Below are positions 38,518 through 48,405 of a stretch of 64,000 nt of DNA, piece by piece. A program made the translations under genes and the position numbers. This DNA is from Pseudidiomarina sp. (lineage in GTDB: Bacteria; Pseudomonadota; Gammaproteobacteria; Enterobacterales; Alteromonadaceae), in contig JBLWUU010000002.1 in NCBI GenBank assembly GCA_048268755.1, forward strand, positions 241,268-305,267, given 5' to 3'. The notes below the pieces were generated by a model that saw nothing but the letters and a program-made list of their open reading frames with translations, was not told where the DNA came from and did no database searches. Positions within the stretch are counted from its first letter, which is position 1. Every line of letters begins with the position of its first letter.

Positions 38518-40356
38518 ATGACTATTCAAGCAACCGAACTTTCCAAATTACGCAATATTGCCATTATTGCGCACGTTGACCATGGCAAAACGACCCTTGT
38601 CGACAAGCTGTTACAGCAGTCTGGCACGCTCGAAAGCCGTGGTGGCGCAGAAGAGCGTATTATGGATAGCAACGATCTTGAAAAAGAGCGTGGCATTACC
38701 ATTCTGGCGAAAAACACCGCGGTTAACTACAAAGACTACCGTATCAACATCCTCGATACTCCAGGGCACGCCGATTTCGGTGGTGAAGTTGAACGTGTAT
38801 TGTCGATGGCCGATTCAGTATTGCTGGTTGTTGACGCTGTTGACGGCCCAATGCCACAAACCCGCTTCGTTACCCAAAAAGCTTTTAATCACGGCCTCAA
38901 GCCAATTGTCGTGGTAAACAAAATTGACCGCCCTGGCGCGCGCCCTGACTGGGTTGTGGACCAAGTTTTTGATTTGTTCGATAACCTTGGCGCAACCGAC
39001 GAGCAGTTGGACTTCCCGATTGTTTACGCCTCAGCGTTGAACGGTTTTGCAACCCTTGACCCAGATTCGCCTAGCGAAGATATGACGCCATTGTTTGAGA
39101 CCATCCTTGAGCGTGTATCTGCGCCTGACGCAGACCGTGATGGCCCATTGCAAATGCAAGTTTCACAGCTCGATTACTCAAGCTACTTGGGCATTATTGG
39201 TATCGGTCGTATCAAGCGCGGTACCTTAAAGTTGAATCAACAGGTCAACATCATTGGTGCTGACGGCTCGCAACGTAACGGTAAAGTTGGCCAAATCTTT
39301 GGTTACCTTGGTCTTGAGCGTATTGAGACCGACACAGCCAGTGCCGGCGACATCGTTGCTTTCACTGGTCTGGGTGAACTGAAGATTTCTGATACTATCT
39401 GTGCTGCCGGTCATCCTGAAGCGCTACCTGCGCTAAGTGTTGATGAACCAACAGTGACCATGACCTTCCAGGTCAACACCTCACCGTTTGCTGGTAAAGA
39501 AGGTAAGTTCGTTACCTCGCGCCAGATTCTTGAGCGCTTACAACAAGAGCTTAAGCATAACGTTGCCTTGCGCGTTGAAGAAACCGACAACCCTGACCGC
39601 TTCCGTGTCTCCGGTCGTGGTGAATTGCACTTAGGCGTATTGATTGAAAATATGCGTCGTGAAGGTTTCGAGCTAGCGGTATCACGCCCTGAAGTTATTA
39701 TCCGCGAAGTTGACGGCGTCAAAGAAGAACCGTTTGAGAACTTGACCGTGGACATTGAAGAGCAGCACCAAGGTGCGGTCATGGAAAAACTTGGCTTACG
39801 TAAAGCCGAGATGACCAACATGACACCAGACGGCAAAGGCCGTGTGCGCGTTGACTTCATGGTACCTAGCCGTGGTTTGATTGGTTTCCAAACCGAGTTT
39901 ATGACGCTGACCTCAGGTTCTGGCTTAATGTACAAAACCTTCGACCATTACGGCCCACACAAAGGCGGTAAAATCGGCCAGCGCATGAACGGTGTATTGA
40001 TTTCAAACGCCACCGGTAAAGCATTGACGTACGCCCTGTTCAACCTACAGGAGCGTGGTAAGTTGATGGCCTCACACGGTGATGAAGTGTACGAAGGCCA
40101 AATCATTGGTGTGCACAACCGTGGTAATGACCTTACCGTTAACTGTTTGAAAGGTAAGCAGCTGACCAACGTGCGTGCGTCTGGTACCGATGATGCGTTG
40201 ACGTTGTCGCCGCCGATCCGTTTGACACTTGAGCAAGCACTTGAGTTTATCGATGACGATGAGTTGGTAGAAATTACGCCGAAGTCGATCCGTATTCGTA
40301 AACGTTTGCTTACCGAAACCGAGCGTAAGCGCGCGAGTCGTAGTAAAGAAGGCTAA
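38518..40356 (+). CDS. typA: Translational GTPase TypA/BipA
   Basis: [28 protein letters not shown]; start 38518 preferred. Confidence 0.98.
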   Translation: MTIQATELSKLRNIAIIAHVDHGKTTLVDKLLQQSGTLESRGGAEERIMDSNDLEKERGITILAKNTAVNYKDYRINILDTPGHADFGGEVERVLSMADSVLLVVDAVDGPMPQTRFVTQKAFNHGLKPIVVVNKIDRPGARPDWVVDQVFDLFDNLGATDEQLDFPIVYASALNGFATLDPDSPSEDMTPLFETILERVSAPDADRDGPLQMQVSQLDYSSYLGIIGIGRIKRGTLKLNQQVNIIGADGSQRNGKVGQIFGYLGLERIETDTASAGDIVAFTGLGELKISDTICAAGHPEALPALSVDEPTVTMTFQVNTSPFAGKEGKFVTSRQILERLQQELKHNVALRVEETDNPDRFRVSGRGELHLGVLIENMRREGFELAVSRPEVIIREVDGVKEEPFENLTVDIEEQHQGAVMEKLGLRKAEMTNMTPDGKGRVRVDFMVPSRGLIGFQTEFMTLTSGSGLMYKTFDHYGPHKGGKIGQRMNGVLISNATGKALTYALFNLQERGKLMASHGDEVYEGQIIGVHNRGNDLTVNCLKGKQLTNVRASGTDDALTLSPPIRLTLEQALEFIDDDELVEITPKSIRIRKRLLTETERKRASRSKEG

Positions 40357-40363
40357 ACCAAGC

Positions 40364-41917
40364 TTAACTTTCAGCTGAATCAGAGGCCGCGACCACACAG
40401 TCGCGGCCTTTTTGTTTGGCTTGATATAGCAATTTATCAGCGGCATCGAGCGCCTTGTCTAGACTTTGCTGAGGATCCCAAGCGATCACTCCAGCACTGA
40501 GCGAAACACTAAACTGCTCATTGTCACTGGTAAATGGCTGCCCCTTGAAGGCTGCGGACAGTTGCTCGACTTTCTTCGCCGCATCGGCCGCAGAGCTGCC
40601 ATCAAGAATCAAGGTAAACTCCTCGCCACCGGTGCGCGCGCAAATATCGGTATCACGGAACTGACGGCGCAGCTCCTCAGCCAAAGCAACGAGCACTTCG
40701 TCGCCCATTGCGTGCCCATAACGGTCGTTCACCTGCTTGAAGTGATCTAAATCCAGCATGACCACCGCCAGCGCTTGGCCGTGACGCTTGGCTTGCGCCT
40801 GTAACTTTTCTGCTTGCGTGAATAACGCACGGCGATTCACTAGCCCAGTAAGACTGTCGGTTGTAGCAAGTTTTTTAAGAGCTTGGTTCTTCTCGCGCAA
40901 TTGCTCGGTGCGTTCCTTGACCTCTTGCTCCAAGCGCTGGCTTAAATCAGCAAAAGGCCGAGCGATGCGTCCCGCGCTTATCCAACCGATTAGGGCAAAG
41001 GCGAGAGCAACCGCGAGGCCAATCCACGCCGCTTGCCAACGTAACTCGGTGACGGGATGCAGCGCTAGCTCAATGGGTTCACGGACGATGATCTGCCATT
41101 CCGGCCCACGATAGTCCGGGCCACTTTTAATTTTCGCATAGCCAATCAGATATTGATTACCATCAATCCATTCTTGTACATCCCAACCACGTGCAATGAC
41201 CTGCGGGTTCAGTTGGGTTGCCAACGGCTGCTCCTGCAAACTGTCGGGCCCTAACAAAATTTGATTTTCGGAGCTAACGAGCAAAATGTCGGTTCCGGGC
41301 AGCGACTGTAAGCTCGCCATGGCTCGCCGCTCCACCTGTTCCGCCCATTGCCAGTTTAAGTGACTGCCCAAAACCCCCCATACTTGACCGTCGGGAGTTT
41401 GCAATGGAACTGATACATCAACGAAGCGTAAGGGCTCATTGCCCCCTGGGTTGAGGATTTTTTCTAAGAGCAATGCACCGTGCACATCACCTATATAATA
41501 AGGTTGCTGCAACGCTTGCTCGAACCAAGGCCGAGCACTTACATCAGCGCCTTTGAGAACGTCATTTGCGCTCACCAACACACGGCCATCGGCATCTGTC
41601 GCGCCTATCCAGGCATAAGCGTCGTAGCTTTCGAAGACTTCAGAAACCAAGTTAGCGAGTTGCTCCTGCTCTTGTGCGTTTTGTGGTGGGGACATTAGAC
41701 GCGCTGCGGTTTGTAGGTCACGGAGACGTTCAATCATGCCGCGTTCAAGTTGATAACTCACTTGTTGCGCGACGTTGGCTAAACTCAGACCAACCTGTTG
41801 TTGAATTTGGCGTGTTGCCGCCTGAGTTAAAATTGCGGTAATGATGATCGAAAGGAGCAGCCCGAAGCCTGCATAGATCATGAACCAACGAATTTTAAGG
41901 TTCACTGGCACTAGCAT
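40364..41917 (-). CDS. Cache-sensor diguanylate cyclase
   Basis: Two TM helices flanking a Cache-like domain; TDSLTG, DLDHFKQVND, RDTD I-site, GGEEF. Confidence 0.88.
   Translation of the reverse strand: MLVPVNLKIRWFMIYAGFGLLLSIIITAILTQAATRQIQQQVGLSLANVAQQVSYQLERGMIERLRDLQTAARLMSPPQNAQEQEQLANLVSEVFESYDAYAWIGATDADGRVLVSANDVLKGADVSARPWFEQALQQPYYIGDVHGALLLEKILNPGGNEPLRFVDVSVPLQTPDGQVWGVLGSHLNWQWAEQVERRAMASLQSLPGTDILLVSSENQILLGPDSLQEQPLATQLNPQVIARGWDVQEWIDGNQYLIGYAKIKSGPDYRGPEWQIIVREPIELALHPVTELRWQAAWIGLAVALAFALIGWISAGRIARPFADLSQRLEQEVKERTEQLREKNQALKKLATTDSLTGLVNRRALFTQAEKLQAQAKRHGQALAVVMLDLDHFKQVNDRYGHAMGDEVLVALAEELRRQFRDTDICARTGGEEFTLILDGSSAADAAKKVEQLSAAFKGQPFTSDNEQFSVSLSAGVIAWDPQQSLDKALDAADKLLYQAKQKGRDCVVAASDSAES
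40384..40413 (+). terminator. Intrinsic terminator after typA
   Basis: AGGCCGCGAC-CACACA-GTCGCGGCCT followed by T run. Confidence 0.85.
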
Positions 41918-41920
41918 GCA

Positions 41921-42586
41921 TTACACCATGTCGGGGTGGGGCAGCACGTAATAAAAGATGGAGAAAAAATGCAGCACACTGCCAGCGAGAACAAACACGT
42001 GCCAGATGGCGTGATGAAATTTTAACGATTTCCAGACGTAAAAAATGACGCCTAAACTATAGGCTAAACCACCTGCCAACAGCAGCAGTAGCCCGCCGCT
42101 GTCGACAAATGTCAGCATTGGTTTGATGGCGATAACAGCCATCCATCCCAAGCCCAAATAGAGTGTCAGCGAGAGCCACTTCTTGCGGTTTTCTATCGCC
42201 AACTCAAGTATCACGCCAAAAATGGCGATACTCCAAACAATACCTAACAGCGCCCAGCCCCAAGGACCGCGTAGATTCACCAGGGCGAATGGCGTGTACG
42301 TGCCAGCAATAAGCAAGTAAATTGCAGCGTGGTCCATTTGTTGGAAAAAGCTTTTCACTCGCGGCCACGGGAATGCATGATAGAACGTCGAAGCCAAATA
42401 CAATATGATCAGACTGGCACCATAAATGCTCGCACTTACCACATGCCAAGCATCACCGTAGGCCACAGCCCACACCAACATTACCACTAGACCAACGATA
42501 CTGGCGATAGCACCAATACCGTGGGTCACTGCATGTGCGACTTCTTCAGCGATGCTGTAAGCCTTCGGTTTGCTCACTTTGCTCAA
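41921..42586 (-). CDS. Hemolysin III / PAQR-family membrane protein (YqfA-like)
   Basis: EEVAHAVTHG, STFYH, DHAAIYLLIAGTYTPF, HAIWHVFV. Confidence 0.9.
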   Translation of the reverse strand: MSKVSKPKAYSIAEEVAHAVTHGIGAIASIVGLVVMLVWAVAYGDAWHVVSASIYGASLIILYLASTFYHAFPWPRVKSFFQQMDHAAIYLLIAGTYTPFALVNLRGPWGWALLGIVWSIAIFGVILELAIENRKKWLSLTLYLGLGWMAVIAIKPMLTFVDSGGLLLLLAGGLAYSLGVIFYVWKSLKFHHAIWHVFVLAGSVLHFFSIFYYVLPHPDMV

Positions 42587-42605
42587 CGTTTACTCTCTCA
42601 ACGAC

Positions 42606-42902
42606 TTAACGATGCGTTTCTTCAGGATCTTCGCGACCCGGCTTATGATAATCACGACTAATTTGCTCAAGCTTGCGCATAAACATGTCAAAGTCGCGCT
42701 CACTGTTGTAATCGAAGTGATATTTATTATGGAACTCGAGGCGCATTTGTACGTTATGCCCTTCAATAAAAAGCGTGTAACCATCGTGATCGGTATACGC
42801 TGTTATTCCCTCAAGGGTATGCTTGCCTTGTTCAGCTTTACCATGCTCATGAATCTTCTCATAAGCGTCGAGCACTAATCTTTGATCAACTTCGTTTTTC
42901 AT
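42606..42902 (-). CDS. DUF3081-like small protein
   Basis: FEKI..HG-like start, LEGITAYTDHDGYT, FHNKYHFDY. Confidence 0.7.
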   Translation of the reverse strand: MKNEVDQRLVLDAYEKIHEHGKAEQGKHTLEGITAYTDHDGYTLFIEGHNVQMRLEFHNKYHFDYNSERDFDMFMRKLEQISRDYHKPGREDPEETHR

Positions 42903-42971
42903 GGTTGCGCTCCTTTTTCTTCAGTATATCTACAAAATGAGGCCTTTTCCTATCAATTACAACCCGGCTTT

Positions 42972-42995
42972 TACATACATACATGAATGTTTGTT
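42972..42995. promoter_or_regulatory. AcrR-type operator
   Basis: TACATACATACATGAATGTTTGTT, 19/24 identical to the E. coli AcrR site TACATACATTCACAAATGTATGTA; overlaps the likely -35 region of the TetR gene (TATAAT at 43006-43011). Confidence 0.7.
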
Positions 42996-43041
42996 TAATA
43001 TGCGGTATAATCTTCGGCAGTTGTCTAACTTGAGGTGAAAT

Positions 43042-43665
43042 GTGGTTCGACGTACCAAAGCAGATGCCCTTACAACCAAAAATGAGTTGCTTGACGCCGC
43101 TGAACGTTTATTCAGTGAGCGCGGGGTATCTAACACATCGATGATGCAAGTTGCAGAGGCTGCGGGCGTTACCCGCGGTGCCATCTACCATCATTTCGAA
43201 AACAAGCTCGATCTTATCTACGCACTTATGGAGCGAGTTAGTTTACCGGTCGACGAAATGCGTGATGAATTACGTGCCCAATTGCCGGACGAACCGCTAC
43301 GCCAACTCCGTGAGCGCGCCTTGCATATTGTGCATCAAGTTCAATATGATCCTCACATGCAAGCGCTCGTTAATATTCTTTGCCATAAGTGTGAGTACGT
43401 TGAAGACACGCTACCGATTCACCTACGTCACTTAAGCGGTCGTAACGAGTGCATCGAGGAGTTCATCAAGCTCATCGAGTTGGCCCAGCAACAGGGGAGC
43501 GTGAGCCCTGATTTGGAGCCGAAGACATTCGTTATCGGTCTGTTTGCCTTGGTTGACGGCCTATTCTACAACTGGCTTCTCGATACCGATTACTTTGACC
43601 TATGTACCGCTGCAGAGCGCACAATTGATACCTACCTAGCCGGTATTCAAAAGCAGGGCACCTAG
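43042..43665 (+). CDS. TetR-family regulator, AcrR/TtgR-like
   Basis: MVRRTKADA, GVTRGAIYHHFENK, ILCHKCEY. Confidence 0.9.
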   Translation: MVRRTKADALTTKNELLDAAERLFSERGVSNTSMMQVAEAAGVTRGAIYHHFENKLDLIYALMERVSLPVDEMRDELRAQLPDEPLRQLRERALHIVHQVQYDPHMQALVNILCHKCEYVEDTLPIHLRHLSGRNECIEEFIKLIELAQQQGSVSPDLEPKTFVIGLFALVDGLFYNWLLDTDYFDLCTAAERTIDTYLAGIQKQGT

Positions 43666-44159
43666 CCCTGCTTGTCGCGGCGGAAACTCGTTTTCCAACC
43701 TTTATATTTTTTATGCACGCCGCGGGTCAGTGACTGAAAGTAGTCTTCCATCAAGTCGACACCAAACAGCACGCCGACCACAACGACCGATAACTTAATC
43801 GAGGTTTCTAAGTGGCCGAGGCCGATTGCCACACCGATCGAAGCCAATGCCCAAATGGTCGCGGCCGAGGTAACGCCGACAACGACCCCATCGCGCGCCA
43901 GCATAACCCCTGCACCTAAAAAGCCGATGCCAGTAATCACCTGACCGATGATCCGCGAAGGGTCAGTTGCTTCGGTCATCACCGAAGCTGCACCTACAAT
44001 AAACAGGTAGGTACCAAGGGTGATTAGCGATGAGGTGCGAATCCCCACTGGCTTGCCGCGCATCTGCCGTTCGAAACCGACCAACGTACCGCACAATAGC
44101 GCGGTACCAATGGCTGGCCAGGTAAAAGGCTCGATTACAAGCAGTTGCTGCCAGTCCAC
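43662..44159 (-). CDS. MgtC/SapB-family membrane protein
   Basis: GFERQ..GKPVGIRT, DPSRIIGQVITGIGFLGAG, TSAATIW. Confidence 0.88.
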   Translation of the reverse strand: MDWQQLLVIEPFTWPAIGTALLCGTLVGFERQMRGKPVGIRTSSLITLGTYLFIVGAASVMTEATDPSRIIGQVITGIGFLGAGVMLARDGVVVGVTSAATIWALASIGVAIGLGHLETSIKLSVVVVGVLFGVDLMEDYFQSLTRGVHKKYKGWKTSFRRDKQG

Positions 44160-44165
44160 AGCTGT

Positions 44166-44678
44166 TTAATCTCCTTGCTTAAGGAAATTACCGAGAAAGG
44201 TCGCGTCTAGCTCTGCGATTTTCTCTGCATCCGTCTTGGCAATACTTGCCACTGCAGGCGCAACCCACGCCCCTAAGTTTGCCAACACCCCGCGTAGATC
44301 AGTCATCGCGCGCACAGCACCAAATTGTCCCGGCGAAGCGCCTGCTAACAGAACCGTCTTACCCATCCAAGGGTTGGTGTCGAGGCGCGAACTCCAATCA
44401 ATCGCATTTTTCAATAACGGCGGAATCGACGCATTGTACTCCGGCGTCACCACCACGATTTTGCTCGCTTCTGAAATAGCCGTTGCCAACTTCTGAATAT
44501 TGCTCGGTACGCCGTTTTCTTCTTCGTAGTCGCCTTGATAGAGCGGAGCATCAAGTTCAGCCGGTGGGTACACGTAGCATTGCTCGCCGTTTAACTCAGC
44601 CACCTCAGCTAAACGCTCTTGTAAGCGACGATTAATTGAAGCTTGGCGGCTGCTTCCTGCGATGATCAATAAACTCAT
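44166..44678 (-). CDS. NADPH-dependent FMN reductase
   Basis: AGSSRQASIN, TPEYNASIP..LKNAIDW, SPGQFGAVRA. Confidence 0.9.
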   Translation of the reverse strand: MSLLIIAGSSRQASINRRLQERLAEVAELNGEQCYVYPPAELDAPLYQGDYEEENGVPSNIQKLATAISEASKIVVVTPEYNASIPPLLKNAIDWSSRLDTNPWMGKTVLLAGASPGQFGAVRAMTDLRGVLANLGAWVAPAVASIAKTDAEKIAELDATFLGNFLKQGD

Positions 44679-45319
44679 TATTGTCCCTCCTGCATAGCTT
44701 GAATAAAGGCGTCGGACTCGGCGATCGCCGCTTCCATTTCTTTGATTAACTCGGCAACGTCTGCTTGTAAACTACGGTACTCCCCACGAATGGCGTCGAC
44801 AGCAGCGGCGTTAAGATTATGCTTTAAGTACAACACATTATCTTGCAGCTTTTCCAGAACTGGATCCATCGTTGCGGCAGCGCGCTCCATGCTCTGTAAC
44901 AACGCGCTATAGCGTCGCTCAGTATCGCGTAGTGAGCGTTCACTCTGACGGCGTAAATTATCATTGCTGTATTCTTCTAACTCATCGCGCCATTCATCAA
45001 ATAGGTCTTGGGCGACGTCATCAATGGCTTCAATGCGGTCATATACACGCTCGGCAGCGGCAACACTTGCTTCGTAATCTGAATTCAATGCTTTGTATTG
45101 GGCTTCGAGTTCGCCGCCATCAATTTGCAGCATTTCATCGAGGCGTTCGAGTGCTGATTTAAATTCTTCTTGGGCATCCGCTTGCGCATCTCGCGCGTCA
45201 TCGACGCGATCGACCAGAATATCGCGTTTATGAATACCCACCTTTTCCATGGCACCGTAGTAGGCGCTTTGACAACCCGCTAAAAAAACCACGGCTGTCG
45301 CGATTGTTAACCAACGCAT
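44678..45319 (-). CDS. DUF2959 family lipoprotein
   Basis: LAGC lipobox, YYGAMEKVGIHKRDILVDRV, LKHNLNA. Confidence 0.88.
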   Translation of the reverse strand: MRWLTIATAVVFLAGCQSAYYGAMEKVGIHKRDILVDRVDDARDAQADAQEEFKSALERLDEMLQIDGGELEAQYKALNSDYEASVAAAERVYDRIEAIDDVAQDLFDEWRDELEEYSNDNLRRQSERSLRDTERRYSALLQSMERAAATMDPVLEKLQDNVLYLKHNLNAAAVDAIRGEYRSLQADVAELIKEMEAAIAESDAFIQAMQEGQ

Positions 45320-45349
45320 CGCGCTTCTCCTTTTGGATAGGGAAACAGA

Positions 45350-46051
45350 TTAATAAGGTAACTCAGTTCCATCCCAGTGTAGCAGCTTGCCGCTTTGCTC
45401 CGTAGTCAAATTTTCAATCACCTGCGCGATGCGTTGCGCAGACAGCTCTGGCGTGTAAAGTTTGTCCGCAGGCAAGCGTTCTTGGAACGGCGCCGACAAT
45501 TGAGTATCTGTGGTCCCAGGATGGATCGCCGCAATGATCAGTTGCTTATGGCTACGCCCCAGCTCAATAGAAGCCGTTTTCAACAACATGTTCAACGCCG
45601 CTTTGCTAGCGCGGTAGCTATACCATCCGCCTAAGTAATTGTCGGTAATGCTGCCCACCTTGGCACTAAGCTGAACCCAGAAGGCCGACTTCTTGCGTGG
45701 TAACTTTGGCAACACCTGTTCCAGTAATAAAATAGGTAAAATGGCGTTCACTTCGAACGAATGTCGCAATTGCTTTGCATTGACCGCCCCCAAATGCTTC
45801 TCCGGCATAAAGTCATCGTTGTGCAGCATACCCAAGGTACTTATCACACCATCGAGGTCATTAAGTTGCTCTGTCTCGGCTTCGAGCTGCTCAGGTGCGT
45901 AGCCGCCGACAACGCGCCACTGCAAATTTTCATGCATAAACGGCGCTTCCCGCCGGCTCCAAGCCGTCACCAGCACACCTTCATTCAAGTAATGCGTGAC
46001 CAAGGCTTGCCCTAGTCCCCCACCAGCACCAACCACCAAAACATGCTTCAT
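45350..46051 (-). CDS. SDR oxidoreductase (CsgA/C-factor-like)
   Basis: GAGGGLG, LSAKVGSITDN..GGWYSYRASKAALN, HPGTTDT. Confidence 0.88.
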   Translation of the reverse strand: MKHVLVVGAGGGLGQALVTHYLNEGVLVTAWSRREAPFMHENLQWRVVGGYAPEQLEAETEQLNDLDGVISTLGMLHNDDFMPEKHLGAVNAKQLRHSFEVNAILPILLLEQVLPKLPRKKSAFWVQLSAKVGSITDNYLGGWYSYRASKAALNMLLKTASIELGRSHKQLIIAAIHPGTTDTQLSAPFQERLPADKLYTPELSAQRIAQVIENLTTEQSGKLLHWDGTELPY

Positions 46052-46075
46052 ATGCTTCGTTCCCCTCCTAGGCCA

Positions 46076-46112
46076 TCGAACATCAAACAGCGAACAGCAA
46101 ACAACGCTTTTC
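46076..46112 (+). repeat. 4x heptamer element, copy C (SDR/yihY divergent spacer)
   Basis: TCGAACA TCAAACA GCGAACA GCAAACA ACGCTTTTC; 33/37 identical to copy B. Confidence 0.8.
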
Positions 46113-46183
46113 TTATTAAACTTTACGCAAACGCCGCGGTTTGGGATTATAGTGACTCCTTAACAACCATAATTAGGACCACT

Positions 46184-47077
46184 ATGAGCGACGACTCCAG
46201 CTCTACAACGTCAACCTGGCGCGCCAAACTGGCATGTGCCTTAAGCTTTTTAAAGTACTTCGGTAGACGTTGTATGGACGACAAGATCACCATTATTGCC
46301 GGGCACCTGACCTTCGTCAGCATGCTCGCGCTGGTGCCGTTGCTGGTGGTTATTTTCTCGATTTTTTCTGCGTTTCCGATGTTCGAAGCCCTACGAGCCG
46401 AAATCGAAGCATTTCTATTCGCCAACCTCTTGCCCACCTCGGGCGAAGAGATTTCACGTTATCTGAATGAATTTGTTGGTAACGTCTCGCAGATGACCGC
46501 CATCGGTGTGGTGTTTGTTATTGTCGTGGCAGTGAACCTGATTTCCACCATCGATGCCACCATGAATCGTATTTGGCGCAACACTAAGCGTCGCCGTCTT
46601 GCTGTGGCGCTCGCCGTCTATTGGATGATTTTAACCTTGGGCCCGTTGTTGATGGGCTCTGGCATGGCCGTTAGCTCCTATCTGATTTCCTTGGCATCTT
46701 TTGCCGAAGATTACGTTTCAGGCGTCCGCACAACATTGCTGAGTGTGGTGCCAATTGTGACGTCGGTGATTGCCTTTTTACTCATGTACGTGATGCTACC
46801 TAACCGCGTGGTAAAGGTCCGTCACGCCTTTTGGGGCGCTTTACTTGCCGCTGTCCTCTTTGAAATAAGCAAGACTGCTTTCGCTTCTTATGTGACGGCT
46901 TTCCCTTCTTATCAAGCCATCTATGGTGCTTTGGCCGCGATTCCAATTCTGTTACTGTGGATCTTCTTATCATGGACCATCGTCTTGATAGGGGCGGAAT
47001 TGACCGCCAGTATTGAAGAGTTTTTTGAGGAAAGCGATGAAAGCACTACTGCAGAGAGTAACGCAGGCGAAAGTTGA
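46184..47077 (+). CDS. yihY: YihY/virulence factor BrkB family membrane protein
   Basis: AGHLTFVSMLALVP, YWMILTLGP, YQAIYGALA; upstream of dtd; start 46184 preferred. Confidence 0.88.
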   Translation: MSDDSSSTTSTWRAKLACALSFLKYFGRRCMDDKITIIAGHLTFVSMLALVPLLVVIFSIFSAFPMFEALRAEIEAFLFANLLPTSGEEISRYLNEFVGNVSQMTAIGVVFVIVVAVNLISTIDATMNRIWRNTKRRRLAVALAVYWMILTLGPLLMGSGMAVSSYLISLASFAEDYVSGVRTTLLSVVPIVTSVIAFLLMYVMLPNRVVKVRHAFWGALLAAVLFEISKTAFASYVTAFPSYQAIYGALAAIPILLLWIFLSWTIVLIGAELTASIEEFFEESDESTTAESNAGES

Positions 47078-47483
47078 GGTTAGTGGCGAGACCGTGGGAG
47101 CCATTAACGGTGGGCTGCTGATATTTTTGGGAATCACCCCAAGTGATAACGAGACAATAGCCAGCAAGCTTGCCCAGCGCGTCGCTGGCTATCGAATGTT
47201 CAGCGATGCTGACGATAAAATGAATCTCAGCCTCAGCGATACCGGAGGCGGCGCACTCGTCGTATCACAATTCACCTTGGCAGCCGACACCAACAGTGGC
47301 CGCCGCCCAAGTTTTTCAACGGCAGCACCACCGCAACAGGCAGAGCCTCTTTACCAAGCCTTTGTCGATGCATTAAAACGTCTTGATATTGACGTCGCCA
47401 CCGGCGAGTTTGGCGCCGACATGCAGGTCTCGCTGACCAACGATGGACCGGTCACCTTTTTGCTCGACACGGAGAAAAATTAA
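47037..47483 (+). CDS. dtd: D-aminoacyl-tRNA deacylase
   Basis: MKALLQRV, SQFTL, GRRPSF, GEFGADM, NDGPVT. Confidence 0.97.
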   Translation: MKALLQRVTQAKVEVSGETVGAINGGLLIFLGITPSDNETIASKLAQRVAGYRMFSDADDKMNLSLSDTGGGALVVSQFTLAADTNSGRRPSFSTAAPPQQAEPLYQAFVDALKRLDIDVATGEFGADMQVSLTNDGPVTFLLDTEKN

Positions 47484-47486
47484 GTT

Positions 47487-48386
47487 ATGTATCAAGTCAT
47501 AAGTCCCGCGAACGAGCAACAATGGCAAACCTATTATGATCTGCGCTATCGCGTACTGCGGGAGCCATTTCAGCGCCCTCGCGGCTCCGAAAAAGACGAG
47601 TATGATCAAGTAGGCTACCATCGCATGGTAGTCAACGACGCAGGGCAAGCGGTGGCGGTAGGTCGACTCCATTTCAACAGCCCTGAAGAAGGGCAAATTC
47701 GGTTTATGGCGTCAGCGCCCGAGCATCGGGGCGAAGGCCATGGCGTAGCAATTGTCTATGCATTAGAGCAACTCGCGCGCCACGAGGGCGCAAAGCATAT
47801 CGTCATTAACTCGCGCGACAACACACTGGGCTTCTATCAGAAATGTGGCTACGATCTCGTTGAAGAGGCAGACACTGTTACCAACCCCGGCGCCGAGCAT
47901 CAGCTGCGTAAAACCTTAACTGAATACAACCGCATTATTTATCGGCCAGATTGGTGCCAGGAACTGCAAGCCACATGGCACGAAGAGATCCCAATTTCGG
48001 AGACGATGGGCATCCGCATCAGTCAGTACACCGGACGAGAATTTGAAACCCATGCTCAGCTGTCACGTAACATTAATGTGCATGGCACGATGTTCGCTGG
48101 CAGTATTTATTCGCTGGCGACCTTGACGTGCTGGGGGTTGCTGCATTTACAATTGCGCGAACGACAACTGCAAGGTGCAGTGGTGTTAGCCGATGGCAAC
48201 ATTCACTATCACAAGCCCATCACAAGTGAACCAAGGGCTGTGGCGCGATTGCTGGACATGAACGGCGATCTTTCCAGCTTAAAAAGTGGACAAAACGCAC
48301 GCGTGAATCTTAAATCACAAGTATTCGATGGTGATAAACCGGTGGCCGAGTTTACCGGGCAGTTTGTTGTGCTGGCTAAAAAATAA
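47487..48386 (+). CDS. yiiD: GNAT acetyltransferase plus thioesterase domain protein (YiiD/FabY-like)
   Basis: N-terminal GNAT (QIRFMA), C-terminal hot-dog (IPISETMG, TMFAGS); dtd-yiiD synteny. Confidence 0.85.
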   Translation: MYQVISPANEQQWQTYYDLRYRVLREPFQRPRGSEKDEYDQVGYHRMVVNDAGQAVAVGRLHFNSPEEGQIRFMASAPEHRGEGHGVAIVYALEQLARHEGAKHIVINSRDNTLGFYQKCGYDLVEEADTVTNPGAEHQLRKTLTEYNRIIYRPDWCQELQATWHEEIPISETMGIRISQYTGREFETHAQLSRNINVHGTMFAGSIYSLATLTCWGLLHLQLRERQLQGAVVLADGNIHYHKPITSEPRAVARLLDMNGDLSSLKSGQNARVNLKSQVFDGDKPVAEFTGQFVVLAKK

Positions 48387-48405
48387 TTTAAGAAAGGACG
48401 TAAGC

